A DNA stretch of 64,000 nucleotides, taken from the NCBI GenBank assembly GCA_041191405.1, contig JBEEOW010000007.1, positions 33,484 through 97,483 on the forward strand. The letters are read 5' to 3'. The notes beneath the pieces are model-generated. The model did not search any database. It worked only from the letters and a program-made list of their open reading frames with translations, and was not told the origin of the DNA. Below, piece by piece: positions 10,919 through 19,882 of this stretch. How positions within the stretch are numbered: the stretch's first letter is position 1; every line of letters begins with the position of its first letter. The stretch is from Bacteroidota bacterium. Its GTDB lineage: Bacteria; Bacteroidota; Bacteroidia; Cytophagales; UBA9547. A program made the position numbers and the translations under genes.

Positions 10919-12118
10919 ATGAGTGCCCAATTAGATTACGTTATCTTACTTTACAAACAAGAAAAATATGCTCAAGCGGCTGAACAATGTAAAAAATTGT
11001 TACAAGAAGACCCTGAGGATGTTTATGTAATCTATTTATTATCAACTATTTTACTTGAGCAACGCAAACTTGACGAAGCTTTAAAAACCATACAAAGTGG
11101 TATGGCTATTGCACCTGAATTTGCGCTTTTTCATTATGCACAAGCCATATATTTTTATTATAAAAACAAAACCAAAGATGCATTAAAATCACTTGCAGAA
11201 GCATTAAAACTGAATCCTTTTGATGATGATTTTTATACTTTAAAAGCACAAATTTTAATGCACGACAAAGAGTTTTCAAAGGCATTAATTGCTGCCAATG
11301 AAGCACTTAAATTTAATCCTGAAAATACAACTGCATTAAATCATCGTTCAAAATGCTTGGCAAGGTTAGGTAACAAAACCGAAGCTTTAGATTCGCTACA
11401 TAAGTCATTAGAACTTGACCCAAATAACGAAGCAACATTTACTAACCTCGGATACAGAGCATTAGAAGATGGAAACCATATACAAGCATTAGAGAGTTTT
11501 AAAGAAGCATTAAAACTACAACCTAACAATGTGGTAGCTCAGGAAGGAATGAAAGAAGCATTAAAATCAAAATATTGGTTTTACAGAAAATACTTATCAT
11601 TTGAGTTTTGGTTAGAAGAGCATAGAAGAAACATTTTTTATGTAGTAATTGCAATAAATGTATTGATAAAAGCTGCTGGTGCTTACAGTATGCTGCTTTC
11701 TATTTTGCTAATTATGAGCTTTTTAGCTATTAGATTAATCAAACCACTTTCAAATGTATATTTACTTTTACATCCATTTGGTAAATTGATACTCGATAAA
11801 AGAGAAAAACTAACCGCTAGAGTAATTGGTTCAGGATTTGGACTAGCTACCTTATTAGGAATCACCTATTTAATTACTCAAAACACTACTTTTGCAGGCA
11901 TTTCATTTGGTTTGTTTTTAATGTTAGTTCCACTATCAGTTAGTTTAGGAAATGTATTCGTAAACAAACTTTGGACAGGCATTAGCTGGACAATTTCTAT
12001 TGTAGCTATTATTTTAATGTTACTTTCAAGTACAGTTTCAATAGCAACAGGTATTGTAATCAATGATTTTAGTGTTTGGTTGTTAGTTTTGGTTTGCTTG
12101 TTTACTTGGGTGTTTTAA
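10919..12118 (+). CDS. TPR-repeat protein with C-terminal polytopic membrane domain
   Basis: The N-terminal ~230 aa carry several TPR-like repeats (for example ALKLNPFDDDFYTLKAQ and ALELDPNNEATF). The C-terminal ~150 aa are strongly hydrophobic. Confidence 0.65.
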   Translation: MSAQLDYVILLYKQEKYAQAAEQCKKLLQEDPEDVYVIYLLSTILLEQRKLDEALKTIQSGMAIAPEFALFHYAQAIYFYYKNKTKDALKSLAEALKLNPFDDDFYTLKAQILMHDKEFSKALIAANEALKFNPENTTALNHRSKCLARLGNKTEALDSLHKSLELDPNNEATFTNLGYRALEDGNHIQALESFKEALKLQPNNVVAQEGMKEALKSKYWFYRKYLSFEFWLEEHRRNIFYVVIAINVLIKAAGAYSMLLSILLIMSFLAIRLIKPLSNVYLLLHPFGKLILDKREKLTARVIGSGFGLATLLGITYLITQNTTFAGISFGLFLMLVPLSVSLGNVFVNKLWTGISWTISIVAIILMLLSSTVSIATGIVINDFSVWLLVLVCLFTWVF

Positions 12119-12134
12119 GTCAAATGTGTGATTT

Positions 12135-12554
12135 ATGTGGGGGTTGAGTGTAAAAAGTTTGAATTGGTATTTTTTTATAATAACCTTTATAAGTCTATTG
12201 ATTTGTATATTTAGTATTGGTATTGGACTACTATTCTATTTTCTTAGTTATCCATTTTTTATTTTTTTATTCTACAAATCAATGTATAAACTTAGTAAAC
12301 AAACGGAAATTCTTTATCCAGAAATATTCAATAAACATAAAACATTAGATAGAAGTAATAAATACATTATACAAGTTGATAATGATATTTTACTAGGAAA
12401 TAGTTCACTTAGTGAATCTTATAATAGTATTGACAATTTAGAATTAAAAAACTTATTTCATTTCTCAAAAAGATGTTCTTTATTGACTATAATTTCTTTG
12501 CCATTAGGTGTCTTTATAAGTATTATTATTTTTATATTTCAAAGGTATTTATAA
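12135..12554 (+). CDS. small membrane protein, hypothetical
   Basis: Hydrophobic ORF; it is the last gene of the moxR cluster. Confidence 0.35.
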   Translation: MWGLSVKSLNWYFFIITFISLLICIFSIGIGLLFYFLSYPFFIFLFYKSMYKLSKQTEILYPEIFNKHKTLDRSNKYIIQVDNDILLGNSSLSESYNSIDNLELKNLFHFSKRCSLLTIISLPLGVFISIIIFIFQRYL

Positions 12555-12595
12555 AAAAATACCTAACAGGTTTTAAAAACCTGTCAGGTATTTGT
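12553..12595. terminator. bidirectional terminator hairpin (copy 1 of a duplicated element)
   Basis: The sequence aaaaaaa-tacctaacagg-ttttaaaaa-cctgtcaggta-tttg forms an 11-bp stem with one mismatch, flanked by A-runs and T-runs. Confidence 0.6.
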
Positions 12596-12599
12596 AAAA

Positions 12600-15386
12600 T
12601 TACTCTTCAGTTACTACCATTTTTAAGCGGTGAATTTTTTCACTTATTACTTCAACAGTGTACACTCCTGGTGGCAAACTATGATTAATCATTACTGAAG
12701 TTTCAGTGCTTGTTTTTTCTTTAGCAAAAATCAAATTTCCACTAAAGTCATAAATATTAATTTTATCAATTGGATATTTACTTTGAGCAATTGAAACCTT
12801 ACCATCATTTGATGGATTTGGATACAATTTAATTAAATCAGGATTTTCAATTAAATCATTATCCAAATTTGTAAGAATTGATTTAATTTTAAAATATACT
12901 CTGTTTGAAATTTCGTTGTAGGAGTCATTTGTAAAAAACACTACAAAATATTCACCATCTAATTTGGGTACATTATCAGCTTGGAATGTAGCTGTGCCTT
13001 TTGGTAATCCACCTACATAAGCATAATTGATTAAAGGATCAATGTTCGGGTTTGCGTTTTTATTGAAAATCCCAAGCCAGTCTTTTGCTACACCTGGTCC
13101 ATCTTGAAAATCTACAGATATTAAATCTCCTAGATTGTATTCAATTTTATCAGTTTTAATTGTAGCAATTGTATCTCCATAGGAGAAATATAATTTATTA
13201 CCAACACCAGTGTAACCATCTGTTAATAAGTATTGTGCGTAATAATACCCTTTTGTTAATCCTGTAAATTTAAGAGTTCCATTCGTTCCTGTTGTGTAGC
13301 TCCATTTATCAGCAGGCGAACTTGCACCTGGGGTTTTTCCTACTCTATAAATACCTATCCAATCTTTTGCATTTGCGGGTGCATTCGAATAATTTATTTG
13401 TACTGTATCTTTGTTTTTGTAGGTGTTTTTATTTGATGTTAAAACTGGTATTGAACCAACATAAATATTTATTCTTGTTGCTAATTCAGTATAACCATCA
13501 TTTGAAAAATAAGCTATGTAATACTCTCCAGCAGTTGAAACAGTAAAATTAAGTACTCCACTAGCCCCTGTTACATACTTCCAAGTTGTTGAAGTAGTAC
13601 CTGAACCTGGAGTTTGTCCTTTTTTATAAATACCAATCCAATCTTTTAAGTTACCCGAACCATTGGTATAAGTTACTTGAATAGATTCACTGTTAATATA
13701 CTCAATTTTATCTGTAACTATTTTTGGGGTCGAAACTGTACTACCAGTAATAACCAAGGTTTGTACAGTTGACCAAGCCGACCAATTCATGTTTCTATCT
13801 CTATGTCTAACTCTTACATAATGAGTACCATTAGGTATTTCGCCTGAGTTTATTGTGTATTTAAAAATATCAACACCAGCACCAATATCTTTGGTTTTAT
13901 AAACTACCCCATCTTTACCAAATAAATTTTCATAATCTCTTAAAATATCCTTTTCTAAAGTTGAAAATGAATTTGTTTGTGAAATTTGGAATTGAGTAGA
14001 ATTGTAAGGCTCTGATGTTGTAGTGCTATATGTCGAACTTACCAAGGTAAACGGTAATGTGGTACTACTAGGAAATGTGTTTGTAAATGAAGGTGTTGCT
14101 GGAGATGCTTGTCCCGTTTTACGATAAAATTGATCAATTAACCTACTTTCTTCCCAAACAAATTTTGTGGTTGTATTTGTCCAATCATTAATTGAAGTAG
14201 TGTAACCAATTGAATATGATTCTATATTTACAGCATTCGTAACTAAATCAACTTCCATAATTTGGTAATTCCAATTACAAATAGTTTTCTGACAATCATC
14301 GTAATCAGCCTCTGTTGACATACCCCAATATTGGTCCCAAGCCGAACCACCAGAAATGATATTATAAACTGGTTTGTTTTTATCTTGTCCACGAGCATAT
14401 AGATGGTGATGAGCACCAACATTCATCAAATATTTCGATGAAGTAATCAATTTTGGATACATTGTATTTCTGATCCAAGTTGAAACGTCTCCAATATATT
14501 GTTCAGCTTGGTATGGTCTGTGCGCTAAAGAAACAATCCATTTTACATTAGGGTCAACATTGGCAGAATCTAAAACTTTTGCACCCCAAGTATATTGAGC
14601 TGCATTTAAAGTTGAACTTCCTTCTGTTGTGAAATTCATAAATAACACATTTCCAGCTAAAAAAGCATAATATTCTTCTGTACCCGAATTTATACCTTTA
14701 TAATTTATTCCATCATAATGAAAATGATTTTTGTATGCGGTTAAATTTAAAGAGCCATACGTTTCATGATTTCCAACTATTGTTGATATACCAATATATG
14801 GTGAAATTGCTTTTATCTTATTAAAATGTACATTTTCATAATGGTCTAGTGTTCCAACATCTACTTGGTCACCAACCATTACAACCATATCCACTGCCTC
14901 ATTTAACGGAACACCATATTTAGCTTCAACTTTGCGTTTAGCTCTGATTACCAATGAATCATAACGAGGTTCGTTTTTTAATTGGTTATCGCCCATAATT
15001 AAAAAACGCATTTTTTTATTACTTACCTCTGCCCCACCTGGCGAAGGCATGGTTCTAAATGAATAAACTGGAGAAACATACGCTCCAGTTTGTACTTTGT
15101 AATAATACTTGGTATAAGGCTGTAAACCAGTTAAATGTACAGAGTGATAGTAGTAATTGTTACTATAGCCAGCATCTGTCCAGATATTATTTGTACCTGT
15201 GGTTGTTAAATTCAGGTTTGATGAACTTTTACCATAAAGTACTTTACTTTCGGTACCTGATGAAGTTTTCCAGTTTATAAAAACCGAATTTGGTGTCATT
15301 ACCTCGAGGTAAGGCACAGTAGTTTGAGCTTTAAGGCTTGTTAATACTACAAAAAATAGCATTAAACTTAGTAATTTTGCTTTCAT
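12600..15386 (-). CDS. secreted calcineurin-like metallophosphoesterase with repeated beta-sandwich domains and a T9SS C-terminal sorting domain
   Basis: It has a signal peptide and the metallophosphoesterase motifs GDNQ, GDQVD and GNHE. Three ~90-aa repeats contain KDWIGIY. The C-terminus KLYPNPSNDGKVSI...YDFSGNLIF...GVYTVEV matches the Por/T9SS CTD. Confidence 0.75.
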   Translation of the reverse strand: MKAKLLSLMLFFVVLTSLKAQTTVPYLEVMTPNSVFINWKTSSGTESKVLYGKSSSNLNLTTTGTNNIWTDAGYSNNYYYHSVHLTGLQPYTKYYYKVQTGAYVSPVYSFRTMPSPGGAEVSNKKMRFLIMGDNQLKNEPRYDSLVIRAKRKVEAKYGVPLNEAVDMVVMVGDQVDVGTLDHYENVHFNKIKAISPYIGISTIVGNHETYGSLNLTAYKNHFHYDGINYKGINSGTEEYYAFLAGNVLFMNFTTEGSSTLNAAQYTWGAKVLDSANVDPNVKWIVSLAHRPYQAEQYIGDVSTWIRNTMYPKLITSSKYLMNVGAHHHLYARGQDKNKPVYNIISGGSAWDQYWGMSTEADYDDCQKTICNWNYQIMEVDLVTNAVNIESYSIGYTTSINDWTNTTTKFVWEESRLIDQFYRKTGQASPATPSFTNTFPSSTTLPFTLVSSTYSTTTSEPYNSTQFQISQTNSFSTLEKDILRDYENLFGKDGVVYKTKDIGAGVDIFKYTINSGEIPNGTHYVRVRHRDRNMNWSAWSTVQTLVITGSTVSTPKIVTDKIEYINSESIQVTYTNGSGNLKDWIGIYKKGQTPGSGTTSTTWKYVTGASGVLNFTVSTAGEYYIAYFSNDGYTELATRINIYVGSIPVLTSNKNTYKNKDTVQINYSNAPANAKDWIGIYRVGKTPGASSPADKWSYTTGTNGTLKFTGLTKGYYYAQYLLTDGYTGVGNKLYFSYGDTIATIKTDKIEYNLGDLISVDFQDGPGVAKDWLGIFNKNANPNIDPLINYAYVGGLPKGTATFQADNVPKLDGEYFVVFFTNDSYNEISNRVYFKIKSILTNLDNDLIENPDLIKLYPNPSNDGKVSIAQSKYPIDKINIYDFSGNLIFAKEKTSTETSVMINHSLPPGVYTVEVISEKIHRLKMVVTEE

Positions 15387-15632
15387 TATTAGGGTTTTGT
15401 AAATTATTAAATATTCTGAAACAACATTATTTCAGAGTAATAATCACTAGTCGATTTTAAATAAAAAGGTAACTTTTATATTTAGAGGTTAAAAATAAGT
15501 ATAATGTTGATAATCTAATAGTTAATGTTATTTTACAATAAAATGATTACCCTTTAATAATATTGAATGATATCTATTAAATTTTGAAAAATTATAAAGA
15601 AACATCTGAGTAATACTAAGAGTTGGATATTA

Positions 15633-15672
15633 AAAAAATTACCTAACAGGTTTTTAAAACCTGTCAGGTTTG
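15633..15672. terminator. terminator hairpin (copy 2, near-identical to 12553-12595)
   Basis: The sequence aaaaaaa-ttacctaacagg-tttttaaaa-cctgtcaggtt-tg lies downstream of the minus-strand gene 15683..16738. Confidence 0.6.
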
Positions 15673-15682
15673 ATAAATTTAA

Positions 15683-16738
15683 TTATCTACTTGTTTTTAT
15701 TCTGAAAACGAATTGTTTTGCATTTTCAATTTTAGATAATTTGTAGTTATTATTTGTTTTTGATTTGTTTGAAAGTTTAATTTTTACTTCCGATTTATTA
15801 ATTGCTTCAATGATTTCTTTTGATTTTAAGGCATACACAGCACCCTCATTTTCAGTATTTTTGGCTGTAATCACTCCTATCACATTTCCTTGTTCGTTAA
15901 ATAATGCTCCACCGCTATTTCCTGGATTTACCCAAATTCCAATTTGATATGCCAAGGTATCATCTTCGTAGCCATTTGCCGAACTTACATAACCTTCACC
16001 ATAAACGATACTTTTTTGTGGATAACCAAGCGTATAAACTTTTTGTCCTAATGGCGCTTGATTGGTTTCAAATTTAAATGGAATATTTCCAAAACCTTCA
16101 TTACTAGAATCTTCAATGGCTAAGATGGCGAAATCAAGTTTTTCGTTACTGTATATCAGTTTAGTTTTTATTGAACCAAACTTGTCATTTTCTGCAAAAA
16201 TCTTGTTTGCATCTTTAATAACATGATAATCAGTCAATATCATATTATTATTAATTGCAAAACCAGTTCCACCTGAAAGCATTTCTTCTGTTTTTTCTTC
16301 TTCTTCTTCGCTTACTACTTGCCACAATTTACTTTGCGATTTTTTAACTTTTTCTAAATCAAGTTTTAAAGCTTGGTAATGTGATTTTGTTTGGTTCGAT
16401 TTCATACCAATAAATGCAAAAGTCCCAATCACAAAAGCCAATGAAGCCGCAGCCATTATTGGCGTCCAGTTTTGATACCAAGGTATAATTTTGGTTTGTG
16501 GAGTTTGCGAAATTATATCTTTAGGCATTTCAGCATGAAACTGATTAAGTTTTGATTTTAATTCTAATCTATCTTTAAATACATCAAAACCATTCCTTAA
16601 CTTTTGATAATCAGCTACATCTTGCGCAAATATTGTTTCGTTTTTAAATCTATAATTGTATAATTCTATTTCTTCAGGAGTGGCAGTTCCTTCAAAATAT
16701 TTTTCTATTAGTTCAAATGTTAATCCTTTATCGTTCAT
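15683..16738 (-). CDS. membrane-anchored anti-sigma-like protein with periplasmic trypsin-like (S1) serine protease domain
   Basis: A ~95-aa cytoplasmic N-domain is followed by one TM segment (IMAAASLAFVIGTFAFIG) and then a chymotrypsin-fold domain. The catalytic triad is visible as His in LTDYHVI, Asp in LDFAIL and Ser in GNSGGALF. The start was moved to the ATG at 16738, which is 9 nt from the stop of the sigma gene. Confidence 0.7.
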   Translation of the reverse strand: MNDKGLTFELIEKYFEGTATPEEIELYNYRFKNETIFAQDVADYQKLRNGFDVFKDRLELKSKLNQFHAEMPKDIISQTPQTKIIPWYQNWTPIMAAASLAFVIGTFAFIGMKSNQTKSHYQALKLDLEKVKKSQSKLWQVVSEEEEEKTEEMLSGGTGFAINNNMILTDYHVIKDANKIFAENDKFGSIKTKLIYSNEKLDFAILAIEDSSNEGFGNIPFKFETNQAPLGQKVYTLGYPQKSIVYGEGYVSSANGYEDDTLAYQIGIWVNPGNSGGALFNEQGNVIGVITAKNTENEGAVYALKSKEIIEAINKSEVKIKLSNKSKTNNNYKLSKIENAKQFVFRIKTSR

Positions 16739-16746
16739 AACCTTAT

Positions 16747-17319
16747 TTATTCGAAGATGGATACTTTTTGATTTTGTTGTGATGCAAAGAACAGTTTTTT
16801 GAGTCTTTGCAAACACTTATATTTCTGATTTTTAGCATTATCAGCATTGGTATAGCCAAATTTATCTGCGATTGCATTCATTGATAAATTATGGATATAA
16901 TAGTCTTCAATAATCGTTTTACAGGGTTCGCCCAAACCAAGTAACGCAGTATTCATTTGTTGAAATTGAATTTCATTTTCAGTTTGGGTATTTAACTCCA
17001 CTTCTTCATACTTTTCATTTTCGTATAAATCAGCTACATATTTTGATTTTGCACTTAATTTCCTAAGCCATAGTCTTTTACAAATAGCATATAGATAAGT
17101 GGCTATACTACAAGTTAATTCAAATGAATTATCCCTAATTTTTTCATAAAACAAAATCACAGCTTCTTGATAAATATCTTTGGCTTCGTCTTCAGTACCG
17201 TTGTTATTCAGTACCAAAAAGTTAATTGGTTTAAAATGAGACTTATAAAGCAATTCTAATGCTTTATTATCACCATTTTTTATCCCTGAAATGAGTAATT
17301 GATCTGTTTGATATTGCAT
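16747..17319 (-). CDS. ECF (sigma-70 family) RNA polymerase sigma factor
   Basis: It has a region-2-like segment (ELLYKSHFKPI...EDEAKDIYQEAVILFYEKI) and a region-4-like segment near the C-terminus. It is 190 aa and is followed immediately by the membrane partner. Confidence 0.8.
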   Translation of the reverse strand: MQYQTDQLLISGIKNGDNKALELLYKSHFKPINFLVLNNNGTEDEAKDIYQEAVILFYEKIRDNSFELTCSIATYLYAICKRLWLRKLSAKSKYVADLYENEKYEEVELNTQTENEIQFQQMNTALLGLGEPCKTIIEDYYIHNLSMNAIADKFGYTNADNAKNQKYKCLQRLKKLFFASQQNQKVSIFE

Positions 17320-17432
17320 AGACTCAAATTTGGTGTCTTTTATGCAATAATGCGTTATAGGTAACCCAAAAAAATGAAAATATTTTAAAATTATCTTACA
17401 TCCTTTTATACCTTTACCACAAATAGTTAAGT

Positions 17433-17996
17433 ATGCTAAAAGAATATTTTAAATCATTCAATATATTTTCTGAAAGTGAAATAAATGAAATTGAAAATAT
17501 TGCCAAATTTAAATCTTTACATAAAAACGATTATTTAATTAAAGAAAACGAAGTTTGTAAAAATGTAGCATTTATAGTTTCGGGAACATTAAGGTCGTTT
17601 TATATTGCTAACAATGGAGATGAAATGAGCTATTGTATATCCTTTCCAAATCAATTTATTACTGCGTATTCATCGTTTATAACTGGTGCTGTTTCAAAAG
17701 AAAATATTCAGGCAATTACACCAGTTGAAATGTATTTGATTAGTAAAGAAGATATTGAATCAATTAGTGCCAATAATTTAAACTGGATTAAATTTCAAAA
17801 AATTATGGCTGAATTTCAGTATCTTGAATTAGAAAATAGAATTTTTCAATTACAAAGAGATTCTGCAACTGAAAGATATTTAAATTTAAAAACTTCTCAT
17901 CCTGAGTATTTTAGCAAAATTCCATTACAATATATTGCCTCCTATTTAGGAATTACACAACGACATTTAAGTAGAATTAGAAAAGAATGTAATTGA
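17433..17996 (+). CDS. Crp/Fnr-family transcriptional regulator
   Basis: It has an N-terminal cNMP-binding-like beta-roll and a C-terminal HTH (ASYLGITQRHLSRIRKE). Confidence 0.75.
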   Translation: MLKEYFKSFNIFSESEINEIENIAKFKSLHKNDYLIKENEVCKNVAFIVSGTLRSFYIANNGDEMSYCISFPNQFITAYSSFITGAVSKENIQAITPVEMYLISKEDIESISANNLNWIKFQKIMAEFQYLELENRIFQLQRDSATERYLNLKTSHPEYFSKIPLQYIASYLGITQRHLSRIRKECN

Positions 17997-18062
17997 TAGA
18001 CATTTGTCCTATTTGATAAGTATCATTTAAAGTAGTTTTGTATATAATTAAATGATATTCAG

Positions 18063-18641
18063 ATGAAAAAAATACTAATCATAAACGGACATCCAAATCT
18101 AGAGTCATACAATAAAGCATTGGCTGAATCATATAAAAATGGAGCTTTGGCTTCAAATGCTGAAGTAAAAGAAATCCATATTGGTAGTTTAAATTTTAAT
18201 CCTAATTTGGCATTTGGTTACCAAAAAAGAACAGAATTAGAACCTGATTTATTAGATGCTTGGGATAAAATTTTGTGGGCAAATCATCTAGTTTGGATTC
18301 ATCCTGTATGGTGGGGAGGTTTGCCAGCCATTACCAAAGGTTTTATAGATAGATTATTTTTACCTGGATTTGCTTTTCAATACCGTGAAAATTCTGTTTG
18401 GTGGGATAAACTTCTAAAAGGTAAAACTGCACACATTATCACCACTTTAGATCAACCAAGTTGTTATTATAAAATTATTTATGGCAACCCTAGTGTAAAT
18501 CAACTTAAAAAATCAACTTTGGAATTTTGTGGTATAAAGCCAGTAAAAGTAACCTATGTTGGGATTATTAAAAATTCGAGCCTAGAAAATAGACACAAAT
18601 GGATTGATAAGGTTAAGCAGTTAGGAATAAGATTGTTATAA
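18063..18641 (+). CDS. flavodoxin-like NAD(P)H dehydrogenase (quinone) family protein
   Basis: The sequence MKKILIINGHPNLESYNKALAESY is the typical N-terminus of the NAD(P)H-quinone oxidoreductase / general-stress-protein-14 family. Confidence 0.7.
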   Translation: MKKILIINGHPNLESYNKALAESYKNGALASNAEVKEIHIGSLNFNPNLAFGYQKRTELEPDLLDAWDKILWANHLVWIHPVWWGGLPAITKGFIDRLFLPGFAFQYRENSVWWDKLLKGKTAHIITTLDQPSCYYKIIYGNPSVNQLKKSTLEFCGIKPVKVTYVGIIKNSSLENRHKWIDKVKQLGIRLL

Positions 18642-18647
18642 AAATAA

Positions 18648-18679
18648 AAAGGTTCTTCAAAACTAATTGAAGAACCTTT
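18648..18679. terminator. bidirectional intrinsic terminator
   Basis: The sequence aaaggttcttcaa-aactaa-ttgaagaaccttt is a perfect 13-bp stem. A T-run follows it on the minus strand. Confidence 0.65.
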
Positions 18680-18699
18680 AACAAATTGCTTAATCAAAA

Positions 18700-18918
18700 T
18701 TATAATAGTTGTTTTACAACCAAATAACCAGTTACAACTACAGTTGAAATCATTATTGTTGAGAATAAATACAATAATGTATTAAATCCAACAATACTTA
18801 AGTTTTGGTGTTCTCTCCACAATTGGGCTATACTTTTTTTTCCTCTATTGCGTAACCATAAATACATTGCTCCAATACAAGAGTCAATACCTTCAGAATT
18901 TAATAAATCAAAAATCAT
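18700..18918 (-). CDS. small hydrophobic protein (72 aa), hypothetical
   Basis: ORF with a predicted TM helix. There is no other support. Confidence 0.25.
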   Translation of the reverse strand: MIFDLLNSEGIDSCIGAMYLWLRNRGKKSIAQLWREHQNLSIVGFNTLLYLFSTIMISTVVVTGYLVVKQLL

Positions 18919-19098
18919 TGTTATTGGTGTGTTTTGTGATTCAAAATTAGGTTTTAACTAGTTTATCTGCAATTTTATTCCCAAGAATTTTGCTTAATAT
19001 TCAAAAAATACAAGGAAATATACACTAAATACAACAATAAAATGAAAGGTAACCGATAATCGGAAAAAGAAGTAAATATTTTTATTATAAATTAAATA

Positions 19099-19713
19099 TT
19101 AATTTAAAATAACATCTTTCATGGTCCATTTTCGCACATCTACATACTGCATTCCAGCGGCAATGGCAGCATCTATCCCTGGCTGACCGTCTTCAAAAAC
19201 GATACAATCCTTTGGCTCTACTCCCATTAATTGTGCAGCTAATAAAAAAGTATCAGGTGCAGGTTTGCCATTTTTAACCATGTCACAACCAACAATAGCT
19301 TGAAAATAATTTTCCATACCGATAGTTTTTATAGTTTGTTTTCCCACTTCAGTAGTTGCACCTGTACCTAAAGCCATTGGTAATTTACCTAAGTAAACTT
19401 CTGCAACTTCGGCAGCAGGATTTAATGGTTTTACTTGTGGTATAAGTGTTTGAAAAATTGCTTCTTTTTCATCAGCAAGTGCATACCCATCAAAGGGTAA
19501 ATTTAAATCAACCATAAGCATTTGAAATACTTTATGCGTTGGAATACCTGCTTTTGCATAAAAATACTCCAAAGGGAAATCAAAACCTTTGGCATTACAA
19601 ACAATTTGCGATGCTTGATAATGTAAAGGCATGGTATCAGCAATGGTTCCGTCGATATCAAAAATAATTCCTTTGATATTTGCTGGAATTAATGGATGAA
19701 ATTGATTGTTCAT
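19099..19713 (-). CDS. HAD-superfamily hydrolase (subfamily IA, beta-phosphoglucomutase-like)
   Basis: Motif I is IKGIIFDIDGTIADT, and the downstream K and DG motifs are present. Confidence 0.75.
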   Translation of the reverse strand: MNNQFHPLIPANIKGIIFDIDGTIADTMPLHYQASQIVCNAKGFDFPLEYFYAKAGIPTHKVFQMLMVDLNLPFDGYALADEKEAIFQTLIPQVKPLNPAAEVAEVYLGKLPMALGTGATTEVGKQTIKTIGMENYFQAIVGCDMVKNGKPAPDTFLLAAQLMGVEPKDCIVFEDGQPGIDAAIAAGMQYVDVRKWTMKDVILN

Positions 19714-19841
19714 AGTTATATTTCTTTATTTAATGTCAGCCAGTTATTGGAGAAATGAATTATGTTTTATTGTATTTTTAGATTAAATTATTACAATATA
19801 TCCACCATTTGTTTTAGGTAAAAAGAACTATTCAAAACTAA

Positions 19842-19873
19842 CCACCTCCTTAAATTTTCATTTAAAGAGGTGG
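19842..19873. terminator. GC-rich hairpin downstream of tex
   Basis: ccacctc and gaggtgg form a 7-bp stem around an 18-nt loop. The T-run is weak. Confidence 0.35.
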
Positions 19874-19882
19874 GATGAAATA

